Positions 27,601 through 40,460 are shown, counted from the stretch's first letter. The stretch is DNA of 64,000 nt from Bugula neritina (GCA_964035545.1 OZ037768.1:21249700-21313699); one strand, 5' to 3'. Numbers and translations are program-made. The notes: generated by a model from the letters alone, not told the origin.

Positions 27601-30600
27601 TGATGATTGCTGTGTCATGATCGGGGAAGTCAAAGAACTTGTAGACACAATACGGAGAGGGCTGGACGTCTGCAAGAAATAAGATCACATGACTGCGAAT
27701 ATGGCGGCCATATTGACTAGCATATATATATAAAAAGACTTAAAATGGTTGCATTTGACAAGTAGAAAACTTTACAAAACATTTACATAAATTGTCATAA
27801 ACCATCATATACTTACAAAGTGAGATTATGTAATAAATAAGGTTAAATTAAATGCTACTTCCACCTAATTTTGTTATGCTTAATAAAAGTGCACAGTTGA
27901 AAGCTAAAAAGAAGTTATAATCTGCATCACAGAACAACTATGAGTAAAGCTAGTACAGTCTATAGGATCTAAAATAACTTCTAATCCAATACCTACATAT
28001 GAAGGAAGGTAGCAGCACAAAAGAGCATAATATGAGTCATGATTGCTGCCTTGACAGCCACCACAAACCCTGTTGGATTCTTTCAACAATTTGTCAGATA
28101 ACTATAGACTAGGTTGTACTCTGAGTGTCACATGTTGCAGCACAGAGCACAACATATAACTTTAGTGTTGAGTAAACCCTTACCAGGCTGTCTAGCTTTG
28201 ATGTCACTGGCTCTGACAAGCTTGATGTGCAGCTGATTGACATTGTCAGGTGGTTTGAGGTGAGCATCTTCGTCAAGTGCTTGCAGGCTGGATTGATCCG
28301 CCTTCTCATTACTGCTAATGTAGCCCAGCGCTTTCATTCTTTCCTGTATGTAAGTATTACCAAGTGAAATATCACAAATTAAAGTATGATTTTATCCAAA
28401 TAAAATAAATTAGCTGCATGAAATGAGAAAATATTTGACCAAAATTATTTATAAAATAAAAATTGAAACTCAATTTGAAACTTATGAAATCCATAACTGA
28501 CTGATAAAACGTCGTTAAAATTAAAACACTAATTGTCTTTTCTCTAAACGTAGTGTATAGAAAAAGAGAAGTGGCAGCTTAAACATATCTCAATATATGT
28601 AGACAACAATCAACAAACCAGTCTTGCAAAAACACGGGGCATTGCTAAGAACACTCGAGGACACTTGCCTTGTATAGCCTGAGAGCCTGGTCCATGGGTA
28701 CCTTCAGTCTCACCCAGAAGGTAATAGTACCAAGGACAGCTCCACTCTGTTCCACACCTACAGCATCATGACTCATGTAGGCAGCAAGAACAACATTACA
28801 TCAGCGAAAAAGATATAACAAGGTTTAGATACAAAAAAGGTAGATTTTATAATATTATAGAAAATTATAGGAAATGAGTTGATTACATGAGAAGACTGCT
28901 AATATTATAGAAAATCAGCTGCATTGTGAAAATGCATTTAGACTCTTCTATTATTATTTTGGTAGAACTGCTGCCAAATCACGCTGCTGACTTACTGATA
29001 ACGTCTGCGACCCCGTGAACTCTGCCGTGTGGTTTATCAAAGATCTCTCTAAACCTGAGTCTACTAGAAGCCACAGTGCGGTAATCAGTACCAAGAGCCT
29101 GGTGTATCTCAAGGATGTTGGACTCCTTCTGCAGGTGATGTAAGAAGAAGTCGTCTACCTTCACTACATACTGGGAGGTGAACTCAAACTTGGGGCTGCA
29201 AATAGCAATGACCGTTGTGTGAACAGGTAATAGGCTTACTAAGCTAACTTAACACTCGTAGGCACTGAACAGTACAGTATATAAAATAAGGCTTGCCACA
29301 CAACGCTAAGCAATTTAGTGCAATTCAGATACTTTGCACGAATATTTATATTATGTGATTATATTCCACATTAGATAAATTATTTTTTAGTATATTTTTA
29401 CAAATTTTTGGCCCATCATTTACAATTTGAACTAATATAATTTAATTGTGAGTTTGCAGAAACAATGCCAAGTTAGCAAAATCTGCTACAACTCATGTCT
29501 ACTAACTAAGATTTAGAAGTATTCACATCTGCAATTATCTTTTACGAAGTGATTTTTGTACTAAAAATGACTGTTAATGACTAACACTAGCTAGTAACCA
29601 CTACTCTGTTCTACTAGTAAATAACTAATACCGAGTACTAGTAGCTACTAACTACTATTAACTAGTACTACTAATAAATAACTAATACTGAGTACTACCA
29701 GCTACTAACTGCTATTAACTAGTATTAGTCACTCACTTTGATGACTTCACCACAGGTGTAGCCTGAGTCTCATACTCAAAGAACTCCCAGGTACAGAACA
29801 GTGAGGGCTCTTCATCTCCAATGACCTTGAGTCCATCTCTTGTCAGGTCAATCTTACCTAGAAGTTTGTTAATTTGAAAACATGTAAAGTACAGTGACAT
29901 AAAAAAACAATAGTTAAATTAGAAACAACCCCAAGAGTGAGTTTAACAGCTATAAAAGGTGTCATCTAGGCTTTTAAAATCACCCAAATTCTGACATGCT
30001 CTTTATTTAAAAGTGCAAAATAAAATGTTAATAGCGAACTGCAGTATATAAAAGCATTGTATTGCCATTGCTTAGATTGACTTGTCAACATAACGAGTGA
30101 GAACGACTCACCGATATGAATCTCAAAGAGGTTTTCTCCTCGTTCCAGCTGAACGCTTTCATCATACTCTTCCGCATCAGACTACAAGCACACATGTGAC
30201 ATGATTATACACTTCTATCATATCCAGCTTATACAGTGTATACAGTGCATGGGTACAATATTACAACAAGCAAACCAGAGCACTTGCTGCAACTTGTCAA
30301 ACTATAAACTCACATCTGCTGGCTCATCGCCAGGTCTGATATTGTACTGTCTGGTGCCATAAGCGACATCCTTCATCTGAGCCTCTAGCTTACGTATTCT
30401 CGCGGCTCTGATGTCCAGTAGCTGCGCGTACTCATCTAACTTTGACTCGTACTCCGTCTTGTTTTCCTCCATCTTTTGATTGACAGCATCTACTTCCTGC
30501 TGATAGTCCTTGTTAATCTGATGCTGTACAATCAGCATGTTCCTTGTCTTCTCTAACTCTTCAATAGTCTCAGCATGATCTGCAGTCAGCATCTTCAAGT

Positions 30601-33600
30601 TCTTCTCCAAATCTGTAGAGAAATCATATAAATTCCAATTAAATTTTATATTGATATTTGAATGCTATACATACGTGTACACTAAAAAGACATGTCAGCA
30701 CATTTATCTTGGAATACAATTATTGCTGAAATAAATTAATTATATTAAATATATATTTACATGAGAACAACTTAAAGTCTTCAGACTGTATAATTAAAAA
30801 GCTAGATGTTTACTTTAACTGACGTAAAGTTATATAATATAAAATAATACAATATAAAAAATACGTTTCAGAATATTGAACGATAAAAGACTGCCTCATA
30901 TAAAACTTGCAATGTGTTACTGATAACTTCCTAGAGCACTTTGGCTGTCATGTGTTGTACAATACACCTGTTTAATATTCGTTACAAGCACCTAGTTTGG
31001 AGTTATCTGTATTGTAATTAAACAAAAACTTCTTATATATAACTACATGTAATCTGGTAGATTATATTTAAATGCATTTAGAAAATGTTGTAGCCTGAGA
31101 AACATTGATAGCCCCAGAAATGCTGGCACTATAAAGATATACCCTTGTTCTGTTCATCGGCCACTTTGTGGAGAAAGTCGAGGTTGTCTTCTTCCTGCTC
31201 CTTCCTCTGCTTCACCAACAGAAGTGCCTCCTCAATCTCAGTGAAGTCGACAGCAGACTCCTAGATGAATGACGGCAGCATGAACAGAATACTGTGACAG
31301 CAGCGTGAATAGGAAGGATATGATAGAGGAGAATCACAATTGTTGATGATTTATAAATTTGATAGAGTAATACCCCTTACAGACATTCTGCAACTTCCCA
31401 TAAATAAACTTAATCTAAAAAATATCCAATGATTTTACTAATTAAAAAACCTACGATTCAAGTAGAACCTTAATAGTTAGCGCACTTGCCAAATTGGCTT
31501 TAAAATTATAATTATATATAATTATAATCAAATAACCAACAGTGTAAATGTGCTGCTGATATTTTTAGATTTCAAAATCTATCAGCTCCAATAATATAAA
31601 TTACAATTGAACAAATTAAATAAACAATAAGATGCGGTAGGTATTGCTTCTGTAACCAAGTTTCAATAATCAAGAGTAGCAGGAAGTCCTCGTTTACAAA
31701 ATTTTGCCGGAGTTAGTCATGAAATACACATATTACAACTTATTACTTTAGTGAAGAACTTCATCTTCTCTTTCAGCTCATCGTGTTGCTCCTTCAGCTT
31801 GTAGTATTCTCTCTGCAGCTCTCGGTTCTGCTTATCCTGTCTTTCCGTAGCCTCTCTTTCAGCCGTCAGGCGATCGAGTATATTTCCTTTCTCTCCCAAG
31901 TCTGCCTTCAGCGTCGCCTCTAGTTGGGCTATTTGTACCTTCAGAGCATTTTCTCTCTGTCTCCACTCTCTTTCTCTCTCCATGTCAAAGGCACTAAATT
32001 TGAAACAAAGTGACGACATCAGTAGTAGAATATTATGAAGGACTGGCTTCATGAAAAACATATTAGAAGTTTTCTTATCTTTTAGAAACATATACAGCTA
32101 CAAAATATATTCTAAGTCTAATACAACTACAACAAAAGATTTGTATCTCAAAAAAATTGTGAAATATAATAAGATAAGTTTTTGAAAATGTTCATATAAG
32201 TAGATACATAGTGAGCGTTTATCATATTGATATACTGAATATAACTGGTAATTATGGTTGGCTTATGTTACAAGGTTGAACAAAATAAAGGTTTAACATT
32301 GTTAAATGGAAGATAATCATTTATTGTGAACTATACATTCATGTTGTGATTATAATGGAGTTGTTTTCTTTATTTAAAAAGACATGATAACCCCTTTTAA
32401 TTGAGCATAATTTTTGAATGGTGAATCTTGCGGTTAATATTACATGTTGTATATTAGTATGAAGTTTACAAAAAAAGTCTGAACTAATTATCTGAAAAGA
32501 TGGAAGAATATATTATTTAAATGCGTTTGTTTTAAATCCTTTCATTGAAAAAAGAATATTGTATCAGCTACACAACACAAGTGTTGCCAATAGCAACTAC
32601 AGGCGAAATTGTCCAATGATATACAAGAAGTGGACAACACTTACATCAGTCCACCAGCACTATGATATCAATACGCCTGTTGGTTACATTACTACCTATC
32701 ACATTACTGAACAATTTACCTGTTGACAAGGTTCTCATTAGCCTCCTTGAGTATAGCATTCTCCCTGATGATGTCATTCAGCTGCTCCTCCAGTTCCACC
32801 AGACGGTTTGCATCTGGCGGATTCCTCTTCAACTGAGACTGTAGAGCAACAACCCTAGACTGCTCCTGTTTCAACTGACTGTTTGCATCTTCCAACTGTC
32901 TGAGTAAAGCATCATGGCTTCCCTTCATATGAGTCAGGTTCTACAATGTGAATATGAACTATGAGAATAAAGCTTAAGTCTTCTCTGCTTTAGCAGTGAG
33001 CTAAAATAATCTTACACACCACAACAAAATATTAGCCCCCCCCCCCTCCCTTGTGATGTGTAAAAGCTATTTAACAGACTTCTACCAATAGTGAAACTTG
33101 CACCTAGATGTTTCAATAAAGATGGAGAGAGGTTTATTTAGTGCACTAAGCTATTAGCTCTGGGAAAAGGAATGGAAAAATACATGTTAGGAAGTCACTA
33201 CACTTTATAAATAATACACCCTAAACATTGTTTGGCATTTAGAATGATTCACCACTGACTAAATTTTTTTTAACATATAAAATGCAGCATAACAGTACAT
33301 AGAAATTAAATTTGGAGCCAAAAATTCAAAATATTTTAATAATTAGGTTTACAATTTTTTTCAACAATGACCAGGCTGCTTCTGTGCTAAGATAAAACCA
33401 ATAATTTACACTTACGATATAAATTTGCAATAAAATATATTTCAATTCTGTTAAATCTTTCTAAATACTTTTACATGTAAATACATACTGAGCTTAGAGT
33501 CTCAAACTGTGACTGAACAGCTTCCAGTTTAGTAGATTTGTCCTTGACTTCCCTCTGCAGACGCATAAGGTCAATGTTTTCTTGAATGTTGGTACGAGCT

Positions 33601-36600
33601 TGCCCAGTGGCTTGTTGCTTCAGCTCCAACATTTCATTTTCATGGAGAGCGTGCTGAGCGGACATCTAAGATAATAAACATGATGTGGCGTGACAATATC
33701 GGGCATTACTCGTGTTATTTATATAGTTTGTACACTACATCACTTTATAAAATGGCTGCATATTCAAATTGATAATCTCACCTGGTTATGCAAATCACGG
33801 ATTTGTTCATCTTTCTTTCGAATGATGCTCTCTCGTTTTTCAAGTTCATAAGCTCTAATAAACGCAATTAATAGAGTTGAATTATTTTCTTACAGAAAAT
33901 TGAAGCTAGCTGTATAAGAGGCAGCCATGCCTCTTGCAATCACAAACAAACTAGCCAAACTACATTTGCTATTCTACATACTCTTTTCACACGCCAAACA
34001 CTGATTTGTTTTTCTCATGATGCATACTGCAGCATAGAGTATAATCACTGATCAGCCTTGTTTAAGGCCCTAAAGTAGAGCTACCATGTGTAGTATAGAA
34101 GACTCCCACAATATTAGTAGTGTTCATCACAACTATACGTTCAACTAGCATGCACTTCAGAGCAACAAGCAGTTGTTAAAACAGCAAACAGTTGTCTAGC
34201 ATGAGTACTTAAAAAGAGCAACGAGCAATTAGTTGAAGGTTTTACATTATTTCAGGACGTGCTGCAGATATACCCACCTGGTACCTTTCTTCCTGAATAG
34301 AAAATATTAGAATATAAATCATAAAAGTTAACAGCATAGTGATTGTTTAAGATGATGTTGATAATGATGATGATTTGATTGCGTGAGATGATGTATAGAT
34401 TCAGTGCACCAAGCACAATAATACTGTCAATCAGTGATGATAAAAATGGTGATTATGATGATGAAACAAAAATAAAGACAGGCAAAGCTACACAAAAAAT
34501 ATATAGTTGTGTGTTAGTCATATCTAGAAAATCATATCTATGCATCACATGATAAGCAGATATAGACATAGCATTTTTAAAAGTATTATGGACATACAGG
34601 CCAGCATTTTGAGCCCTAGTTTCCTCAAGTAGACTGTGTCCATATTGTGGGAGCTTAGTGTGACCAACCACAACTCCTTGCCCAGTTCTTGCAGTTCCAG
34701 CACCTCGTGTGGTTGGAGGGCCAACCACTCTCAAATTCTTTTTAATTCCCTACAAAAGTAACGTAGACCAACTGTCTCAAAATTTCTATCAATCAGAATG
34801 CCATTAAGCATTATTGCAAACTATAAAACAAGCATAAGATAAGCACTGTTATCATTAGTTAGTTACAATCAGTAATAAATAGAGCTGTGATATATTTTAT
34901 TGAAAGTATTTTTGAGCATGTAGTTTAATGGTAAAACTTAAATGAAAGGTCTATGGTTATCAACTATATTTGATGAGAGTTAATGCAATAGTTCCATCAA
35001 CATTTCAATCATCGCTACAGTCATCCTCGGAGTAAAATCAGCCTTTTCTTCAAAAAAATGAGAACAGAGGAAATCGAGATATTAGTAAAAATATTTCATC
35101 AACTCCAACATAATATACTATTTTGAAAACTTATGAGAAGTTGAGTTCACTTTTTTATTCCTATACGTTAGTTATTAAATGCCTATACACTATACAGACT
35201 CTCTCAGCACTCCGTTACTAAAACGAACCCTTAGTATTTGTGTACACTTACACTGTCTATCCTAGACTGAACAGCATCAGTAGCTGTCACTGACTTCTGC
35301 GTAGCCAACTGTAACTGATTCTGAAGTAAGTGTAAACTTCTTGTTAGAGCTGCATTTTCTGCCTGAGCATTTCGAGACTGAACTTCGAGTCTCTCAATCT
35401 GATCTTCGAGATAGGTCACATCCCGTGTTGGCTTCTTTGCTGCTGCTGCCGGGGAGGCTGCTTGTTTTGGAAACAGAAAAAATATTATTAAAGTTTCAAA
35501 TAGAATAACAAAAATATAGTGATAGAATAATTACAATGTTCTGTAATGCTGAAGTCACAAATAAACAACATTAACAGAGACACATACTAAAAATATGAGC
35601 ATAGCAAATAAGAACTGAGTATAGTAGTTTAATTAATTCAGAAAACTTTGCATTATTGCAAAACCTACTGAATCAAAGCAACATCGAGTGCTGAAAATTG
35701 TAAGAAATTACAATGGGGAAAAATAAAAATGTCAGAAAATATATATCATTTAACTTAACATAATACATTTGTTTCCACCCAATATCAGAAATATGTGTTT
35801 TTTTATTTTCAAGTTGATTACATTCAAGGAATTCTATGACTCTTAAGCATGTATATGTTTGGAGTGGCAGAGAAAACCTGATAGTTACACAAAAACAAAT
35901 AGAAAAGCTCACCTCCAGACTCTGCTTTCTTCTTATCAGAGTTCAGTTTAACAAGTTTCACAGCAAACCTGCAGAATATTGTCAAGAATTAACCAGATAC
36001 AGCCTACTATTATCTCGGTCTCATGCTCTAAGATTGGGAGAATGACTCCAAAGCCTATATTTTTGCTTAACAGCTTAAGTGTAAGCTTTAATAAACTTCA
36101 TTTGTGTTCCATGTTTTAGTGACCACAGTCCACAAACATAGTAATAACCTTGCAACAAAATAAACCTTTAAAGTCAAATGACTCATCTTAAAATAAGATA
36201 AAATTTATGATTAGCACAACAACAAAATTGGCAAGAATTAAAATGAATTATTGAAAATAAACAATTGGGTCAACAAGTAATCTCAATCCTCACTTCTTCA
36301 ACTTGTCTTCCTGTTTCCTAGCATGTCTTTTCAGCAGAAGATTATCTTCCTGTAACTTGAGGTACTTGTCTTCAAGTACAAGTCTTTCCCACTTTCCAAT
36401 CTGCTGTCTTTCTCGAATAGCCTGCTGTTCAAGCTGATCTAAAGTTTTATTACAAGTCTAGCATGAAAGCAGTTGTCAGAACAAAGGCTACATCTATTAG
36501 AATTTAGACAAAAATTTGCTGCTATACGGTTTTAGCATTAAACAAATGAAAGGAAGAGACTGATTTGACAAATTACAGAAGTGTGCAAGAATCAATACAA

Positions 36601-37054
36601 GCATGCCCACAGCTGTAGTTACTACCAATTCATTAGTTTGCTTTTATTGAACAACATTATTAAAATCCTACACTTTTGTCACACATCAAATTGTAGCAAT
36701 CATACCTTTTGGTTAATTTAAAAAAATGCTGAATGGAACAAAAAAACATAAATTGTCAACATTGTAGGTTTTCTTAAGAAATTTCAAATCATGACTTTTT
36801 AAAATCTTTATTTTTGACATGGCAAATGATTTGCTGCAAAGAAAATGTTGAAATGGCAACAACAACATGCATGCAATAGCGAAAAATTATAATTGAGCAA
36901 TATTATTTCAATGAAAAATATCTGCTGGTGATAAAAACTACTGCGGCTTAATGATAAATAGATTTCAAGTCATACCAATGACAGTAGTAGAACTACTATT
37001 AGGTTTTCTCAGTCGTGCAGGACCTCCCTTTTCTTGAACTGGATAGTCATCCAT
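21603..37054 (-). CDS. RPGRIP1L: Protein fantom / RPGRIP1-like ciliary transition-zone protein (~30 exons)
   Basis: ATG at 37054 ([10 protein letters not shown]). Exon 36294-36438 gives [28 protein letters not shown]. Further motifs: YGHSLLEE; [46 protein letters not shown]; C2-N ([44 protein letters not shown]); [17 protein letters not shown]; C2-C ([18 protein letters not shown]); an acidic linker; C-terminal C2/RID ([25 protein letters not shown]). TAG at 21603-21605. Confidence 0.95.
22494..22572. promoter_or_regulatory. Tandem array of RFX X-box-like motifs in an RPGRIP1L intron
   Basis: GTTGCTAAGGAAAC (22510-22523, 22542-22555), GTTACCACGAGAAAC (22526-22540) and GTTACCAAGGGAAAC (22558-22572) each fit GYTRYY-N1-3-RRHRAC. 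A degenerate fifth copy lies at 22494-22507. Confidence 0.55.
23914..23960 (+). pseudogene. 3' half of tRNA-Leu ending in CCA (processed tRNA fragment)
   Basis: CACCAGTCTTTTCGGAAGCATGGGTTTGAATCCCACCACTGCCACCA resembles the eukaryotic tRNA-Leu variable arm, T arm and acceptor 3' strand (..CCAGTCTCTTCGGAGGCGTGGGTTCGAATCCCACC(G/A)CTGCCA) plus CCA. The 5' half is absent. Confidence 0.75.
24800..24899. repeat. ~100-bp element with inverted termini (MITE-like)
   Basis: CACTAGTTGGAG (24800-24811) / CTCCAACTAGTG (24888-24899), extending imperfectly inward. The internal AATTGACCTTCAACT recurs at ~10995-11009. Confidence 0.45.
32583..32597. promoter_or_regulatory. Single consensus RFX X-box in an RPGRIP1L intron
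   Basis: GTTGCC-AAT-AGCAAC, a near-palindromic consensus match. Confidence 0.45.
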
Positions 37055-37619
37055 TATACGACTTGGAGGATCTAAAAGATTAGTAATAAATTTCTCAAAT
37101 GAAACTGAAGTCTCTATTGATTAGATACTTACATGGAACCATTAATGCAACCTTGAATTTTTTTAATTTTAAATAACTACTGGCTTTTATACAACACATA
37201 ATAAACTTATATAGAACCAGTTGAGCTTGTATATACAATAAATAAAATAATAAGTATAGGTAAAAATCAAAACAAAAGTTGGTCATTTTTAATTTATTAT
37301 TTTGCTATACTCAAAATGATTACATCAACATATTGATGGTCATATTGATGGTCTGATAGAAATTAATATGATTATATAATTAACTTAATTAGCCTACAAC
37401 AGAAATAATAGTATATGCAAATCATATTATAATTATGTATTAGAATTATTGAAAGGCTGTTGCTCTTAGTTAAACTTAATGTTACATAGTTTTACAACAA
37501 CTTAAATTTTTTTACTCATTTATTCATAATCAAAATGATCATTAAGATGATGATTAAAATTTAAATATTAAATCTTAAAGTTTTAGTTAAAGTCATTTAT
37601 TTAAACTTAAACTTGAAGC

Positions 37620-37893
37620 TAATCATAATGATAATATTAATAATAACCACTCATGACTCATCATTATAATATTATAATTATCAAAATCATCATCATAATA
37701 ATAATCATAATCATTATCACAATGCCCAATACTAATAGTAATACTAATAGTATTACTAATACTAAACTAATACTAAGACTAAGAGTAAGAGTAATACTAA
37801 TACTCTAATACTAATAGTGACTAATACTACTACTAGTATTAGTCACTAGTATTAGTATTAGAGTATTAGTATTAGTATTACTAATACTATTAG
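37620..37893. repeat. Low-complexity (AAT/ATC)n and (TACTAA)n/(TAGTAT)n tract with an embedded palindrome
   Basis: Simple repeats visible directly; near-perfect inverted repeat at 37793-37873. Confidence 0.7.
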
Positions 37894-37948
37894 TTATGGT
37901 TAAACATATAAATTATTAAATAATTTTTTAGTTAAATAAATTCGTTAC

Positions 37949-38250
37949 CTGAAAAGTTTAAAATTTCAAGCTACAATTTGCAAGGTCACTCCGTGTTGCA
38001 GCATAAAAGCTCACATCATCGAGCTTTCAACCATGGAATTTGATACTAACACTTTACTGAGTGATTGTGAGCGTGCAAATTGTTTAATTGTAGCTTGGAA
38101 ATTAAGTACGCGCACGCGCATAATGATTACGACAATGATGTCTCGCATTTTATTGTTAGCTAAAAATGTAATAGCAGGAGTTTCACTTATGTAGTGGATT
38201 TTCGGAAGTAGTTATGTTACTAGGCTACATTCACCATGCGCATTAGCTAA
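37949..38250. promoter_or_regulatory. Putative bidirectional promoter and first non-coding exons of RPGRIP1L (-) and the KIAA2012-like gene (+)
   Basis: Locally CpG-enriched island bounded by outward-facing donors (minus CAG|GTAACG at 37948; plus |GTAAGG at 38251). Contains NRF1 consensus CGCGCACGCGCA (38109-38120), ETS-type CGGAAGT (38203-38209) and X-box-like GTTACTAGGCTAC (38216-38228). Confidence 0.6.
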
Positions 38251-38775
38251 GTAAGGACCGTGACTAACTCGGTATAGTGTTTTTACTTGTGTAACTGAAG
38301 TCAACAGCAGAAAAATAGTAAAAGTGCAAATTGAATTTCAATTTGCTATATTAATCTATTATACTGATATTATTATGATTAAAATTTTAAAAAATGTAAT
38401 ATCATTATTGATATTAAATTTAATATCAATATGGATTACATTAAAATCTGCCAGCGAATTACATTTACTGATTACTTATTAGTGATTTGGGAATTTACTT
38501 TTACTTTTAGTAATAGTAGTTTACATACTTTTACTTATAGTTTTACTTCATTATGATTATTATAGTAATAATGATTATAATAAATATAATCATTTTTAGT
38601 GATTATCACATTATGATTATAATTATCGAAATTAATAACACTAACTAATAAATATTACTATTACTATTACTAGGTATAACTATAAGTATCATAATCATAA
38701 ATCAATATGAATATCATAATGATTAATGAATTTATGATGAAGTCCAATATTTAGATTTTCTGATTATCGTCATAC

Positions 38776-39185
38776 TGTAGTGAATTTTGCCAGTTCACTA
38801 TTATTATGTGTGGGTTAACTTAGACAAAGCCACTGCACAAGGTTGTTTACGATAAGATACACTTTATTATTTACACAAATACAAGAAGGTTATTTACTGC
38901 TAGCATGAATAGAAAACTGTTACATAATTAATGAGCTTTAACACACAACTACTCTAAATGAAGTCCCAAGCTGCTCTGCCGGCTAGCTACTCAGCGCACT
39001 GCAACTACGAGTAGCTAGCTCCACCTGCTATCAATTAGTGTGACTGTCCTGATTGGTGGTTACTAGTGGTGCCACTGCTGTCCATAGCTACACCCCGACA
39101 GTGTCGAACTCGCAAGATAATAAACAATATGAAGTGAACCTTTTCGATTAAAACAATAATACTTGCACCACTAAAATCTATCACA
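38776..39185 (-). repeat. 3' LTR of the outer element (410 bp)
   Basis: No differences from 50376-50785 on visual comparison. Minus-strand AATAAA at ~38863-38868. Confidence 0.97.
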
Positions 39186-40460
39186 CTCGCCACACCTATC
39201 GAAAAGTACACTCTACGATTGATGCACATAATTCTCAAAAATAATAAAAGGAAATAAAAGTACATAAAACAAAAGATCAAAACAACCAGGAATAAGGGAA
39301 CACAAAATATGTATTCAAAATGATGTCCATGTTGTCACACGATCGATCCGGGTCAGTCACAGGGTAGGGGGGGGGGTCTCTCACCAGATGATGTAGGGTA
39401 GCATGAACTTAGTGAGAAGGAGATGTACTGCTTCACACTCGTCTAGTCGAAGCCAAGCGATGGGGGTCGAGGAGTCCCCAGAAGAACCAAGCTTGGCAAA
39501 GGAGTCTCTCCCAAAGGGGGGAGAGAAGGAAAAGGGGTGGAGAATACGAAGGAATCTCCCCAAAGGGGGGGAGATAGGGGGGGTTGACTGGTCTCTTCAC
39601 TACCAACGTCTACCTCGTCGCCGTCGAATTCCCAAAAGGAGGAAAGGAAAAACTTCTTCTTCTTAATTTCTATTCTTACTTTTTAACTTCATGCAGGAAC
39701 TTTAATATGACTTCTTCTTCTTAACTTCTATTTTACTTTTTAACTTCATGCAGGATTCTTTATTAGGATGTAGCCACAGGAGAGAAGAGGGAAAAACTAC
39801 TCTGTCTATACCGGAACGTGATCGCCAGAGGAGGAGAGGGAAGAGCTACGTGTCAGTTGTCTCTGGCACTTCTGTTATGACAGCCATCAATACTGCTGTC
39901 ATGTCGCTACAAGAATCCAGTCAAGCAGCCAGCATCTAGCCAAAAGTTGCGATGGATGATGTGACTGCGCTATGCCATGAGAAGGAATTTGGCCCCGCCA
40001 TTCCAGTCTCACCTGCAACAGAATGCCAACAACTGTTGAAGGGGTTTGCACCTGTCAGTACGACACCTCGACTGAGTCTCGCAATCCTAACCACTGATTA
40101 ATAATTAATCATGTGGTCGACCGCCCCACTCAAGTCGTCAGTGAATCACCTGACTTGGGAAATCAACTTTATCGTTATGATAAAGCGAGACTGATTTAGG
40201 CTACCAGCGTGAATTCTACTTAAATAATAGAATTATACTAGTAGACTTACCATAAGACAGCCCTGACTTTAGTCTGCTGCCCACTTAGGCTACGTAGTGC
40301 GCCAGCCTGCCAAGTACATGCGTGCACGTTGGCAGTTGAATCAGAAAAGAACGCTTTCCGCATTGAAAGTAATTGTATAATACCCCTTTCACTAGCGAGC
40401 TGACTTCGCTCTTTTCTTACCCCCGGTGGTGTTTTGTGTCACACCACTGGGGTAGGCAAC

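Noticed and set aside
39186-40460. Possible env or third ORF in the outer element
   Set aside because: Only short ORFs (<90 aa) on either strand, with no signal peptide/TM/furin pattern.
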